Source of the DNA: Christensenellales bacterium
GTDB taxonomy: Bacteria; Bacillota; Clostridia; Christensenellales; UBA1431
Direction: 5' to 3'
NCBI GenBank assembly: GCA_040772545.1
Contig: JAXGXY010000006.1
Span: forward strand, 8,212-72,211
DNA: 64,000 bases
The notes below the pieces were generated by a model. That model was not told where the DNA came from, did no database searches, and worked only from the letters and a program-made list of their open reading frames with translations. Positions 46,044 to 56,909 of this stretch are shown here, in pieces. The stretch's first letter is position 1; each line of letters begins with the position of its first letter. A program made the position numbers and the translations under genes.

Positions 46044-47272
46044 AAAAACAAATGAAGATACTCATTAACGGGATCAACGGCGGCATGGGCCAGAACATCT
46101 TAAGGGCGGCGCAGGCGTCCCCCGGCCATACGGTCGTGGCCGGCGTCGACCGCATGGCCGAAGCTATAGAGAACCCCTGCCCCGTGTTTTCGGACCTGAG
46201 CGCGTGCGACATCACCGCCGACGTCGTGATCGACTTCTCGCGGCCGGACGCGCTCGCGCCCGTCCTCGCCTACTGCGACAGTACCGGGGCCCGCCCGGTC
46301 ATCGCCACCACCGGCCTGTCCCCCGACGACTACACGCTGATGGAAACGTACGCGAAGCGTTTCCCGGTATTCCACAGCGCCAACATGTCCCTCGGGGTCA
46401 ATCTCCAGGTGAACCTCGCCCGCTTAGCCGCCGAGTTTTTGGGCGACGATTTCGAGGTGGAGATCATCGAAAAACACCACCACCGCAAGGTCGACGCGCC
46501 CAGCGGCACCGCGCTGATGCTCGCGAAGCACATCGACGAGGTGGCCGGCGGGAAAAAGGAATTCGTGTTCGGCCGCCACACGAAGACCGAGAAAAGGACG
46601 CGCGACGAGCTGGGGATCCACGCGATCCGCGGCGGGACGATCGTGGGCGAGCACGAGGTGCTGTTCATCGGCACGGACGAGATCATCGAACTCACGCACA
46701 GGGCGCTCTCGCGGCAGGTGTTCGCGCAGGGCGCCCTGCGCGCGGCCGCTTTCATACTCGAACAGGAACGCCCGCGCGTCTACAACATGAACGACATCGT
46801 GAACCGGCACAAGACGGTCACGCGCCTGTACATGAGCCCCGACCAGGCGGTCGTGACGCTCTACGGCCTGGAAGCGGCCACCTCGGCGCGGGCCCGGCTC
46901 TTCGACGCTCTCGCCGAAAAGGACGTCGTGATCGATATGGTCAGCCAGGGCGCTCCCAGGGGGGACAAGCTCGACATCTCCTTCTCGCTCTCGCGCGACG
47001 CCCTGCATGACGCGCTCGCCGCCATCGGGCAGGCTTTCCCGGACGGGGAGAACCCGCACGTCGACGTGAACGACCCGGTCGTCAAGCTGGTCGTGGCCGG
47101 GCCCGGCATGGAACACCAGGCGGGCGTGACGTCGCGGCTGTTCGACGCGCTGGCCAGGGAGGCCATCGGCGTATACGCCGTGTCCACCAGCGAAACCAAG
47201 ATCGCCTGCTGCGTGGACAAAGGCGACGCGCAGCGCGCAAAACAGGCGATCGCCGCCGTGTTCTCGCTGTAA
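46040..47272 (+). CDS. dapB: 4-hydroxy-tetrahydrodipicolinate reductase fused to a C-terminal pair of ACT domains
   Basis: The first 250 aa or so are DapB (INGINGGMG; EIIEKHHHRKVDAPSGTA). The last 155 aa or so resemble the aspartokinase regulatory ACT tandem (VVKLVVAGPGMEHQAGVTSRLFDALAREAIGVYAVSTSETKIACCV). The ATG overlaps the dapA stop (ATGA); an alternative ATG is at 46052. Confidence 0.8.
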   Translation: MKKQMKILINGINGGMGQNILRAAQASPGHTVVAGVDRMAEAIENPCPVFSDLSACDITADVVIDFSRPDALAPVLAYCDSTGARPVIATTGLSPDDYTLMETYAKRFPVFHSANMSLGVNLQVNLARLAAEFLGDDFEVEIIEKHHHRKVDAPSGTALMLAKHIDEVAGGKKEFVFGRHTKTEKRTRDELGIHAIRGGTIVGEHEVLFIGTDEIIELTHRALSRQVFAQGALRAAAFILEQERPRVYNMNDIVNRHKTVTRLYMSPDQAVVTLYGLEAATSARARLFDALAEKDVVIDMVSQGAPRGDKLDISFSLSRDALHDALAAIGQAFPDGENPHVDVNDPVVKLVVAGPGMEHQAGVTSRLFDALAREAIGVYAVSTSETKIACCVDKGDAQRAKQAIAAVFSL

Positions 47273-47334
47273 AAAACCAACGCTTAACCTTCAATTTGCC
47301 CCGGTTTTTCAGTCGCGATTAACGTCAGCATGAA

Positions 47335-47367
47335 AACAACGCAAACTTCGTTTGCGTTGTTCATTTA
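47335..47367. terminator. Bidirectional terminator between dapB and convergent lipoprotein gene
   Basis: AACAACGCAAAC-ttc-GTTTGCGTTGTT is flanked by an A-run and a T-run. Confidence 0.7.
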
Positions 47368-47392
47368 CGGTCGTTTGAAACGCGTTTTTTCC

Positions 47393-47974
47393 TCAGCCCA
47401 GTTCCAGCGAAAAGAGCAGGCCCTTGAAGGCCTGTTCCGCCTGCGGATACGCTTTCTCGCCGGCCGTCAGGGCAAAGTCGTACTCGTTGCCGTCCTCGAA
47501 AAAGATGACGGTGTGCGAGGTCAGGCGCTCCGCCTTTCCCGCGTGCGCGTAGGTGTAGATGAGTTCGATGCCCGAGTAGTCCCCCAGCACGTAATAGCGG
47601 TTCTCGTAGGTCGTTTCCACTTCGGAATACAGCCGCTCGGCGGACGCCTTGAGCGCCTTGAGCTCTTCCCTGTAGGTGTAGTCCGGGTGGATGCGCCCCG
47701 TCGCGACGAATTCGATGGCCGCGTCCAGCCCGGGGCGCGAGAGCGTGTACAGGTCCGCGTCGGACGCGACCGCCCAGCCTTCGGGCACGGCGAACCGCGC
47801 CGGCGGGTCCTGCAAAATGACCTCGGGCACCAAGGCCGCCTCCGACGCGCCTGTGGCGGCGGCAGCCGTACTGTCGGGCGCTCCCGTGACGGCGGCCGAA
47901 TATTCCCGCGCGCGCGGCGCGCATGCGCATAAAAGGCCGATGACGAAAACGCAAAGGACCGTCCTTTTCATCAT
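47393..47974 (-). CDS. Hypothetical lipoprotein (PsbP/DcrB-like sandwich suspected)
   Basis: The lipobox is MMKRTVLCVFVIGLLCAC at ATG 47974. The ORF-track start at 48193 adds an Arg/Gly-rich extension. Confidence 0.6.
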   Translation of the reverse strand: MMKRTVLCVFVIGLLCACAPRAREYSAAVTGAPDSTAAAATGASEAALVPEVILQDPPARFAVPEGWAVASDADLYTLSRPGLDAAIEFVATGRIHPDYTYREELKALKASAERLYSEVETTYENRYYVLGDYSGIELIYTYAHAGKAERLTSHTVIFFEDGNEYDFALTAGEKAYPQAEQAFKGLLFSLELG

Positions 47975-48000
47975 GCCTGTCCCCCCTGTCAAAGGGCAGT

Positions 48001-48543
48001 CTACTTCACCCTGAACGAACCTATCAGCACGTTGAAATCCGCGTTGGCGGCGTCGAACGCCTCCACCCTGGCCACCAGGTCGAGATCGTATACGGTCCCA
48101 CCGGCGTATACCAGCACCTGCCGTCCCTTGCGCTTTCCCCTGCCGGCCTCGCTTAACACCTCTTCGGCGACGTAGACCACGTCCGTAGCCCAAAAGCCGC
48201 CGACGCGCGCGGACGCGTCGCAGGAGACCGGCTGCATGGTGAGCGTCTCCTCCTCGATATGCGCGAGCGCGTCAAAGCGCTTCATCGATTCTTCTTCGTA
48301 TACGGGGTCCTGCGACGATGCGGATACCCTGATGTGCGCCTTCGAATCGGGGGAATCGAGGATCAAAGCCCCGTCCGCCGGCGTCCTCGTCCAATCGTCC
48401 GGATAATCGAAAGCGCAGCCCAGGCGGGCGTCGTAATAATGCGCGTTGGACGGCTCCCGGGCCAGGTCAGCCGAAACCGGCGTACAGCCCGTCACCGCAA
48501 GGCAAATGGCAACGGCAAGGAGCCCGTATGCGCGTGGGTTCAT
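48001..48543 (-). CDS. Hypothetical lipoprotein, similar architecture to the neighbouring one
   Basis: ATG 48543 gives the lipobox MNPRAYGLLAVAICLAVTGC. The motif F.YP..W follows the signal peptide, as in its neighbour (F.VPEGW). Confidence 0.6.
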   Translation of the reverse strand: MNPRAYGLLAVAICLAVTGCTPVSADLAREPSNAHYYDARLGCAFDYPDDWTRTPADGALILDSPDSKAHIRVSASSQDPVYEEESMKRFDALAHIEEETLTMQPVSCDASARVGGFWATDVVYVAEEVLSEAGRGKRKGRQVLVYAGGTVYDLDLVARVEAFDAANADFNVLIGSFRVK

Positions 48544-48697
48544 GGCAGCCTCCGTAATGCATCCTCCGTGACGAAACGGGCGGCGCCTGTTTCGCCCGCC
48601 CTTAGTCTGCGTTGCTGCCATTACCTATATGCGGCCGGCCGCCTTATTTATTCGGCGTTTCCGCCCGCCTGCCCGCCGGCCCCCGCCCTGCGTCGGA

Positions 48698-49957
48698 TCA
48701 TTTATGCCCGATGTCGCGCCGGTAGTGCGCGCCCGTAAAGCGTATGCGCTCCACCGCCGCATAGGCCTTCTCGCGCGCCCCGGCGATATCCCTTGCTACG
48801 GCTGTCACGCCGAGGACGCGCCCACCCGCAGTGAGCGTCCTGCCGTCCTCGACCCGCGTGCCCGCGTGGAAGACGATGATGTCGTCTTTGTCCCCGAGCG
48901 CGTCGAGGCCGGTGATCTCGTATCCCTTTTCGTACGCGCCCGGGTACCCGCCCGAGGCCATCACGACGCAGACGGCGGCGCCCTGTTCCCACTGCACCTG
49001 CATCGCGTCCAGCCTGCCGTCGATCGTCGCTTCCATGATGTCGATCAGGTCGGTCTTCAACAGCGGCAGGACCGCCTGCGTCTCGGGGTCGCCGAAACGC
49101 GCGTTGTATTCGAGCACGCGCGGGCCGTCCTTGGTCAGCATCAGCCCGAAATAGAGCACGCCCTTAAACGGTATGCCTTCAAGGGCCATCGCCTTCACCG
49201 TGGGCAGCAGTATCGTGCGCGTGACCTCGTCCTCGACCTCGGGCGTGTACTTGGGGGTGGGCGCGAACGTGCCCATGCCGCCTGTGTTCGGGCCCCTGTC
49301 TCCGTCGAAGACGGGTTTGTGGTCCTGTGAGGACACCATGGGCACCATGTGCGTCCCGTCCACGAAGCAGAGCACCGTCACCTCGGGCCCTTCGATGTAG
49401 TCCTCGACGATGACGCGCGCGCCCGCTTCGCCGAACGCGCGCTCGACCATGATCCTGCGCACAGCGGCCTTCGCTTCCTCCTCTGTCCGGCAGATGATGA
49501 CGCCCTTGCCCAGCGCGAGCCCGTCGGCCTTGACAACGGTCGGGTACTCGCAGCCGGCCAGATGCGCCAGCGCCGCCTCCGGGCTGTCGAACACCCGGTA
49601 ACCCGATGTGGGGATGCCGTATTTCTTCATCAGATCCTTGGCGAACACCTTGCTCGCCTCGATGCGCGCCGCGGCCGCGTTGGGCCCGAACGCGCGGATG
49701 CCCGCTTCCTCGAGCCGGTCGACCATCCCGAGCGCGAGCGGGTCGTCCGGCGCCACGACCACCAGGTCGAAGCGCTCCTTCTTGGCGTATTCGACCATCG
49801 CGGACACGTCGGTGGCCCTGATGGGCACGCAGGCTGCGAGCGAGGCGATCCCGCCGTTTCCGGGCGCGCAGTGGATTTCCGGTTTTTTCACGCTCTGTGA
49901 AAGCTTCCAGACGATGGCGTGCTCGCGCCCGCCGCCGCCCACGACCAGGATCTTCAT
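48698..49957 (-). CDS. purD: Phosphoribosylamine-glycine ligase
   Basis: The product starts MKILVVGGGGREHAI.WKL, has an ATP-grasp core and is 419 aa. Confidence 0.95.
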   Translation of the reverse strand: MKILVVGGGGREHAIVWKLSQSVKKPEIHCAPGNGGIASLAACVPIRATDVSAMVEYAKKERFDLVVVAPDDPLALGMVDRLEEAGIRAFGPNAAAARIEASKVFAKDLMKKYGIPTSGYRVFDSPEAALAHLAGCEYPTVVKADGLALGKGVIICRTEEEAKAAVRRIMVERAFGEAGARVIVEDYIEGPEVTVLCFVDGTHMVPMVSSQDHKPVFDGDRGPNTGGMGTFAPTPKYTPEVEDEVTRTILLPTVKAMALEGIPFKGVLYFGLMLTKDGPRVLEYNARFGDPETQAVLPLLKTDLIDIMEATIDGRLDAMQVQWEQGAAVCVVMASGGYPGAYEKGYEITGLDALGDKDDIIVFHAGTRVEDGRTLTAGGRVLGVTAVARDIAGAREKAYAAVERIRFTGAHYRRDIGHK

Positions 49958-49972
49958 CGTCGATCTCTCCTA

Positions 49973-51517
49973 TCAGTGTTTGAAATGGCGCATCCCCGTA
50001 AAGATCATGCTGATGCCGTGCGCGTCGCAGGCCTTGATGCTGGCCTCGTCGTTCTTCGACCCGCCCGGCTGGATGATGCAGGCGATGCCCGCCTTGGCCG
50101 CGGCTTCCACGCAGTCGGGGAACGGGAAAAACGCGTCGGAGGCCATCACGGCGCCCCTCGCGGCTTCGCCGCTCCTTTCGAGCGCCTGCTCCGCGGCCCA
50201 GATGCGGCTGACCTGCCCGGGGCCGATGCCCAGCGACTGCCCGTCCTTGCACACGGCGATGCCGTTGGACTTGACGTGCTTGTTGACCTTGTAGGCCATG
50301 ACGGCGTCCGCGACCTGCCCGGGCGTCGGCTGCGCCTTCGTGACCACCTTCCAGTCGGCCCCGTTGAAGAGCCTGTCGTCGACGGTCTGCACCAGCAGCC
50401 CGCCGCGCACCTTCTTCATGTCCAGCATGCCCCCCGGCGCGGGCGCGTCGATGGTGGGGAGCCTTAACAGGCGGATGTTCTTCTTTTTCGTAAGGACCAC
50501 AAGGGCTTCGGGCGCATAGTCCGGCGCTATGACGATCTCGAGGAAGATCGAGTGCATCAGCCTGGCCGTTTCTTCGTCTACGGCCGCGTTGGCCGCGACG
50601 ATGCCGCCGTATATGGAGACGGGGTCCGCTTCGTACGCCTTCGTATAGGCCTCTTTCAGCGTGGGCGCTATGCCCACGCCGCAGGGGTTGGCGTGCTTGA
50701 CCGCGACGACGGCCGTCTCGCCGTCAAACTCCCTGAGCAGTTCCAGCGCGCCGTTCGCGTCGTTGATGTTGTTGTAGGAAAGGGCCTTGCCGTGCAGCTG
50801 TTCCGCTTCGGTCAAACATCCCGGGCGATAACCGATCTCGCGGTAGAACGCCGCCCTCTGGTGCGGGTTCTCGCCGTAGCGCATGTCCTGCACCTTCTCG
50901 TACGTGGGCGTGAACGTCCCGCCCAGCGGGTCCAGGCCCGCTTTCGGGGCCAAATACTGCGCTATCAGCGCGTCGTACGCCGCCGTATGCATGAAGACCT
51001 TCGCACAGAGTTCAAGCCGCGTTTTAAGCAGCGTGTTCCCGTGCTCCCTGATCTCCGCCGCGACGCGGGCGTAATCCTCCGGGTCCGAAACGACCGTCAC
51101 GTAGGCGTGGTTCTTGGCCGCGGCGCGCAGCATGGACGGCCCGCCGATGTCTATGTTCTCGACGGCCTCCCTGAACGTCACGCCGGGAGTATTGATCGTC
51201 TCCTTAAACGGGTAGAGGTTCACCGCGACGACGTCGATAGGTTCAATCCCCAGTTCCGCGAGGCGACGCATGTGCCCGTCGTTGTCCCGCACGGCCAGCA
51301 GCCCCGCGTGCACCGCCGGATGCAGGGTCTTCACGCGGCCGTCGAGGCACTCGGGGAACCCCGTGACCTCCGACACGTTGACCACCTTCAGGCCGGCCTT
51401 CTCGAGCGCGGCCTGCGTCCCCCCCGTCGAGACCAGTTCATAGCCCAGCGCGGTCAGCTCGCGGGCGAACTCCACCAGCCCCGTTTTGTCCGTAACGGAT
51501 AAAAAAGCGCGTTTCAT
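49973..51517 (-). CDS. purH: Bifunctional AICAR transformylase / IMP cyclohydrolase
   Basis: The product (ALLSVTDKTGLVEFAREL...L.STGGT; C-terminal FTGMRHFKH) is 514 aa. Confidence 0.95.
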   Translation of the reverse strand: MKRAFLSVTDKTGLVEFARELTALGYELVSTGGTQAALEKAGLKVVNVSEVTGFPECLDGRVKTLHPAVHAGLLAVRDNDGHMRRLAELGIEPIDVVAVNLYPFKETINTPGVTFREAVENIDIGGPSMLRAAAKNHAYVTVVSDPEDYARVAAEIREHGNTLLKTRLELCAKVFMHTAAYDALIAQYLAPKAGLDPLGGTFTPTYEKVQDMRYGENPHQRAAFYREIGYRPGCLTEAEQLHGKALSYNNINDANGALELLREFDGETAVVAVKHANPCGVGIAPTLKEAYTKAYEADPVSIYGGIVAANAAVDEETARLMHSIFLEIVIAPDYAPEALVVLTKKKNIRLLRLPTIDAPAPGGMLDMKKVRGGLLVQTVDDRLFNGADWKVVTKAQPTPGQVADAVMAYKVNKHVKSNGIAVCKDGQSLGIGPGQVSRIWAAEQALERSGEAARGAVMASDAFFPFPDCVEAAAKAGIACIIQPGGSKNDEASIKACDAHGISMIFTGMRHFKH

Positions 51518-52140
51518 CGACCGTTCTCCTCTTGCATTATGATGACCCTGCGCCCCTCGACGCGGATGCGGTCCCCGACGAAAAGCCGGACCGCCTCCGG
51601 CAACAGCCTGTGCTCGACTTTAAGCACGCGCGCGGCCAGCGTGTGCGCGTCGTCGTCGTGGAGTACCGGCACGCATTCCTGCAGGATGACGGGGCCCGTG
51701 TCCGTCCCCTCGTCCACGAAATGCACCGTCGCCCCCGAGACCTTCACGCCGTAGCGCAGCGCCGCCTCGTGCACGCGTTCGCCGTAGTATCCCGGGCCGC
51801 AAAACGACGGTATCAGCGCGGGGTGTATGTTGATTATGGCGTTTTTGTACCTTGAAACGACGCGCTCGTCCAGTATCGACAAAAAGCCCGCCAGCACCAC
51901 CAGGTCGACGCCGGCTTCTTCGAGCGCCTGCAGTATGGCCGCGTTCAGCGCCGCGCTGTCCCTGCCGCCGCGGCTGATGCACAGGGCCTTGATGCCGTGC
52001 TTGCGGGCGCGCTCCAGCGCGTAGGCGCCGGGACGGTCCGAGATCACCACGGCGATGCGCGCGTCGATCCTTCCCGATTCGATCGCGTCGATGATGGCCT
52101 GCAGGTTGCTCCCCGAACCGGACACCAGTACGCCGATCAT
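51514..52140 (-). CDS. purN: Phosphoribosylglycinamide formyltransferase
   Basis: ATG 52140 overlaps the purM stop (ATGA). The product has IGVLVSGSGSNLQAIIDA and INIHPALIPSF. The ORF-track 465-aa form is an over-extension. Confidence 0.9.
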   Translation of the reverse strand: MIGVLVSGSGSNLQAIIDAIESGRIDARIAVVISDRPGAYALERARKHGIKALCISRGGRDSAALNAAILQALEEAGVDLVVLAGFLSILDERVVSRYKNAIINIHPALIPSFCGPGYYGERVHEAALRYGVKVSGATVHFVDEGTDTGPVILQECVPVLHDDDAHTLAARVLKVEHRLLPEAVRLFVGDRIRVEGRRVIIMQEENGR

Positions 52141-53171
52141 TTTTTGCGGCACAGTTCCACCCCCGCTCCGCCTTCGGCGACCTCTCCGATGACGTGCGCG
52201 GGGCAGCCCGCGTCCCTGAGGACCTCTACGGCTTTTTTCGCGTCGGAGGCGGCCACGGCCACCACCATCCCGATCCCCATGTTGAACGTGTTGAACATGG
52301 CTTCGTCGTCGAGTTCGCCCTCGGCCCTGACGATGCCGAAAACAGGCGGGACCTTCCACGCATCCGAGCAGATCCGCGCGCGCATCCCCTTGGGAAGCAT
52401 GCGCGGGATGTTTTCCAAGAACCCGCCGCCTGTGATGTTGGCGGCCCCGTGCACGTCCACCTGCGCGATGAGACTGCGCATGGGCCTGACGTACAGGCGC
52501 GTCGGCCTGAGGAGTTCCTCGCCCAGCGTGCACTTGAGGTCGCTCACGTACCTGCTGAGCGACTGGCCGTCGATGTGGAAGAGCCGCCTCACCAGCGAAA
52601 ACCCGTTGGAATGCATGCCCGAGGATTCGAGGCCCACCAACGCGTCGCCGGGGCCGACCCTGCTGCCGTCGATCAGCCGGTCCTTGGCCACGATGCCCAC
52701 CGCGAAGCCCGCCACGTCGTACTCGCCGGGCTTGTACATGCCCGGCATCTCGGCCGTCTCGCCCCCCAGCAGCGCGCATCCGGTCTCGCGGCAGCCCGCC
52801 GCCATCCCTTTGACGATCTCGGCGACGCGGCGGGGCTCCAGCTTCCCCAGCGCGATGTAGTCCAGGAAGAACAGCGGCCTCGCGCCCAGGCAGGCGATGT
52901 CGTTGACGCACATGGCCACGCAGTCGATGCCCACGGTATCGTGCTTATCGAGGGCGACCGCGATCTTGAGCTTCGTCCCCACGCCGTCCGCCCCGGCCAC
53001 CAGCACCGGCCGTTCGCGGATATCCGCTTCGTCCAGCTCGAAGAGGCCGCCGAAGTTTGCCAGCGTATCGAGGACGCCGGGAATGCGCGTGCTCCGCAAA
53101 TCGTCCTGTATCAGTTTCACCGCTTCGTAACCGGCCTGCAGGTCGACGCCCGCATCCTTGTAGGTTATCAT
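52137..53171 (-). CDS. purM: Phosphoribosylformylglycinamidine cyclo-ligase
   Basis: ATG 53171 overlaps the purF stop (ATGA). The product has YKDAGVD and GADGVGTKL and is 344 aa. The ORF-track 804-aa form runs out-of-frame across purF. Confidence 0.9.
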   Translation of the reverse strand: MITYKDAGVDLQAGYEAVKLIQDDLRSTRIPGVLDTLANFGGLFELDEADIRERPVLVAGADGVGTKLKIAVALDKHDTVGIDCVAMCVNDIACLGARPLFFLDYIALGKLEPRRVAEIVKGMAAGCRETGCALLGGETAEMPGMYKPGEYDVAGFAVGIVAKDRLIDGSRVGPGDALVGLESSGMHSNGFSLVRRLFHIDGQSLSRYVSDLKCTLGEELLRPTRLYVRPMRSLIAQVDVHGAANITGGGFLENIPRMLPKGMRARICSDAWKVPPVFGIVRAEGELDDEAMFNTFNMGIGMVVAVAASDAKKAVEVLRDAGCPAHVIGEVAEGGAGVELCRKK

Positions 53172-54592
53172 GTTCTCGTCCCTCCTGTACTCGTCCCGCG
53201 CGGGCTGGGATCGACCGGATAACGGCCGCTGAAACACCCCAGGCAGTTCCCGGAGCATCCCTGGCCGCGTATGCTCTCCTCCAGCGCGTCCAGGCCTATG
53301 AAGGCGAGGCTGTCCGCGCCGATGGTCCTTTTGATGTATTCGCGGTCGTGCGCCCTGCAGACAAGGTGCGCCTCGTTGTGCGCGTCGATGCCGTAGGGGC
53401 AGAAATGCACGACCGGCGGAGAGCTGATGCGCATATGCACCTCGCGCGCCCCCATGCGCTTGAGCATCCCCGTGATATACGCCGACGTATTCCCGCGCAC
53501 GATGGAATCGTCCACGAGGACGATGCGCTTGCCCTGTACGCTCGCACGCAGCGCGTTGAGCTTGATGCTCACGTTCATCGACCGCACCGTCTGGTCCGGC
53601 TCTATGAGCGCCCGGCCGATATATCGGTTCTTGCACAAAACGGCCCCGAAGGGGATGCCCGAGGCCTCGGCATACCCGAGCGCGGCGGGGATGGCCGAAT
53701 CGGGCACGCCGGTGACCAGGTCGGCGTCGACCGGAAGGACGGACGCAAGGGCGCGCCCCGCGTCCATCCGCGCCCGATGCACGCTCACCCCGTCTATGAC
53801 GCTGTCCGGGCGGGCGAAATAGACGTATTCGAACGCGCACATGCCGCCGCCCGGCCCGCGGACCTTGCGGCTGTACATGCCGGTTTTGTTCACGACCACG
53901 ATTTCGCCCGGCTCTACGTCGCGTAAAAACCTCGCGCCCACGGCGTCGAGCGCGCAGCTCTCGGAAGCGAGGCAATACCCGTCGTCCAGCGCGCCGATGC
54001 ACAGCGGGCTGATGCCGTACGGGTCGCGCACGCCCACCAGTGCGTCCGGCGTGAGGATCGTCAGCGCGAACGCGCCGCTCAGCCGTTTCACGGTGCTTTC
54101 CACGGCCTGCCCGATGTCCCTTACAAGGCCCATGTTCCGCGCGATCATGCCGGCGATCGGCTCGGCATCTACCGAGGTCTGGAACACCGCCCCCGAGTCC
54201 TCCATCTCCCGGCGCAGGGCGGAGGCGTTGAGGAGCTTCCCGTTGTGCGCGACGCCGATCCTGCCCAACCGGTGCGTCACGACGAAAGGCTGCGTGTTGG
54301 CCGCGTGCGCCTCGCTGTCCGGGCAGTAGCGCACGTGCCCGATGCCCGCCTGCCCGCCCGAAAGGGCGTCGAAAGCCGAATCGTCGTGGAACACCTCGGT
54401 CAGAAGGCCTGTGTCTTTTTTGTAACGGATGTCGTCCCCGTCCCCGACCGCGATACCGGCGCCCTGCTGTCCCCGGTGCTGGAGCGCGTAGAGCGCGATA
54501 TAACAGACTCTTTCGGGGTGAGCCACCCCGAAAACGCCGAACACGCCGCACGCATGGCCGGGCCCCGGTGCGGCACCTATTCCGTTGGTCAT
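53168..54592 (-). CDS. purF: Amidophosphoribosyltransferase
   Basis: The propeptide is followed by the catalytic CGVFGV. The PRPP loop is VLVDDSIVRGNT. A C-terminal Cys cluster is present. Confidence 0.95.
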   Translation of the reverse strand: MTNGIGAAPGPGHACGVFGVFGVAHPERVCYIALYALQHRGQQGAGIAVGDGDDIRYKKDTGLLTEVFHDDSAFDALSGGQAGIGHVRYCPDSEAHAANTQPFVVTHRLGRIGVAHNGKLLNASALRREMEDSGAVFQTSVDAEPIAGMIARNMGLVRDIGQAVESTVKRLSGAFALTILTPDALVGVRDPYGISPLCIGALDDGYCLASESCALDAVGARFLRDVEPGEIVVVNKTGMYSRKVRGPGGGMCAFEYVYFARPDSVIDGVSVHRARMDAGRALASVLPVDADLVTGVPDSAIPAALGYAEASGIPFGAVLCKNRYIGRALIEPDQTVRSMNVSIKLNALRASVQGKRIVLVDDSIVRGNTSAYITGMLKRMGAREVHMRISSPPVVHFCPYGIDAHNEAHLVCRAHDREYIKRTIGADSLAFIGLDALEESIRGQGCSGNCLGCFSGRYPVDPSPRGTSTGGTRT

Positions 54593-55086
54593 ATTTTAGC
54601 TACCTCTTCCTGAAGGGCAGCGTCTTTGTCCATCACGCCCGAAGCCATCTCCCGCTTGTAATCGAGGAGCTTATCGTAGAGTCCGCCGTAGCGGAGCGAA
54701 AGCATCTGCACAGCCAGCAGCGCGGCGTTCGCCGCCCCGTTGATGGCCACGGTGGCCACGGGGACCCCATCCGGCATCTGGACGGTGGACAGCAGCGAAT
54801 CCAGCCCGTCGAGGGTTGACGACTTGACGGGCAGGCCGATCACCGGCAGCGCCGTATGCGCGGCCAGCACCCCGGCCAGATGCGCGGCTTTCCCTGCCGC
54901 CGCAATGATCACTTCCGTGCCGGCTCCGGCGGCGCCCTCGGCGAATTCGGCGGCGCGCCGCGGCGTGCGGTGCGCCGAGATCACGCGGACCTCCACATCG
55001 ACACCGAACCGCCTGAGCGTTTCGACCGCTCCCTTCACCACGGGATAATCGCTGTCGCTCCCCATGACTATCGCAACTTTAGGCAT
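54589..55086 (-). CDS. purE: N5-carboxyaminoimidazole ribonucleotide mutase
   Basis: The product has VAIVMGSDSD, VISAHRTP and GKAAHLAGV and is 165 aa. Confidence 0.95.
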   Translation of the reverse strand: MPKVAIVMGSDSDYPVVKGAVETLRRFGVDVEVRVISAHRTPRRAAEFAEGAAGAGTEVIIAAAGKAAHLAGVLAAHTALPVIGLPVKSSTLDGLDSLLSTVQMPDGVPVATVAINGAANAALLAVQMLSLRYGGLYDKLLDYKREMASGVMDKDAALQEEVAKI

Positions 55087-55135
55087 GTCCTCTGTCCTCC
55101 CAAAACTTGCACGGCCTGTTCAGCCGCACAGTATC

Positions 55136-55164
55136 ATACTAGCAAGCGGCACGCCCGATGTCAA
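55136..55164 (-). promoter_or_regulatory. Sigma-A-type promoter of pur operon
   Basis: On the minus strand: TTGACA (55159-55164), a 17-nt spacer, then TAGTAT (55136-55141). It lies about 45 nt upstream of the purE ATG. Confidence 0.6.
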
Positions 55165-55379
55165 TACGGGCGGTGCCTAAGGCCCGTTATTATCGCGGTT
55201 TGGTGCCATTTATCCATTATCCTTCGCCAAACGGCGCAAAATAATGGCCAGGTCCGTGGCGAACCTGCGGTTTGCCCGGTTTCCCGGCTGAATTGGGCTG
55301 AATGCTTGTTGGATTGCGATGCTCCAAGCCTCCGTGGGAGGGCTTAATATGGTTCGAAGCTACCGGCTGCGCCGGCACG

Positions 55380-56907
<1,528 letters not shown>

Positions 56908-56909
56908 CT

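Noticed and set aside
52137-54551. An 804-aa minus-strand ORF (and the 465-aa ORF 51514..52911).
   Set aside because: Only the C-terminal 344 aa (PurM) and 208 aa (PurN) are real. The upstream parts run out-of-frame through purF and purM, are Arg/Gly-rich, and ignore the ATGA-coupled internal starts.
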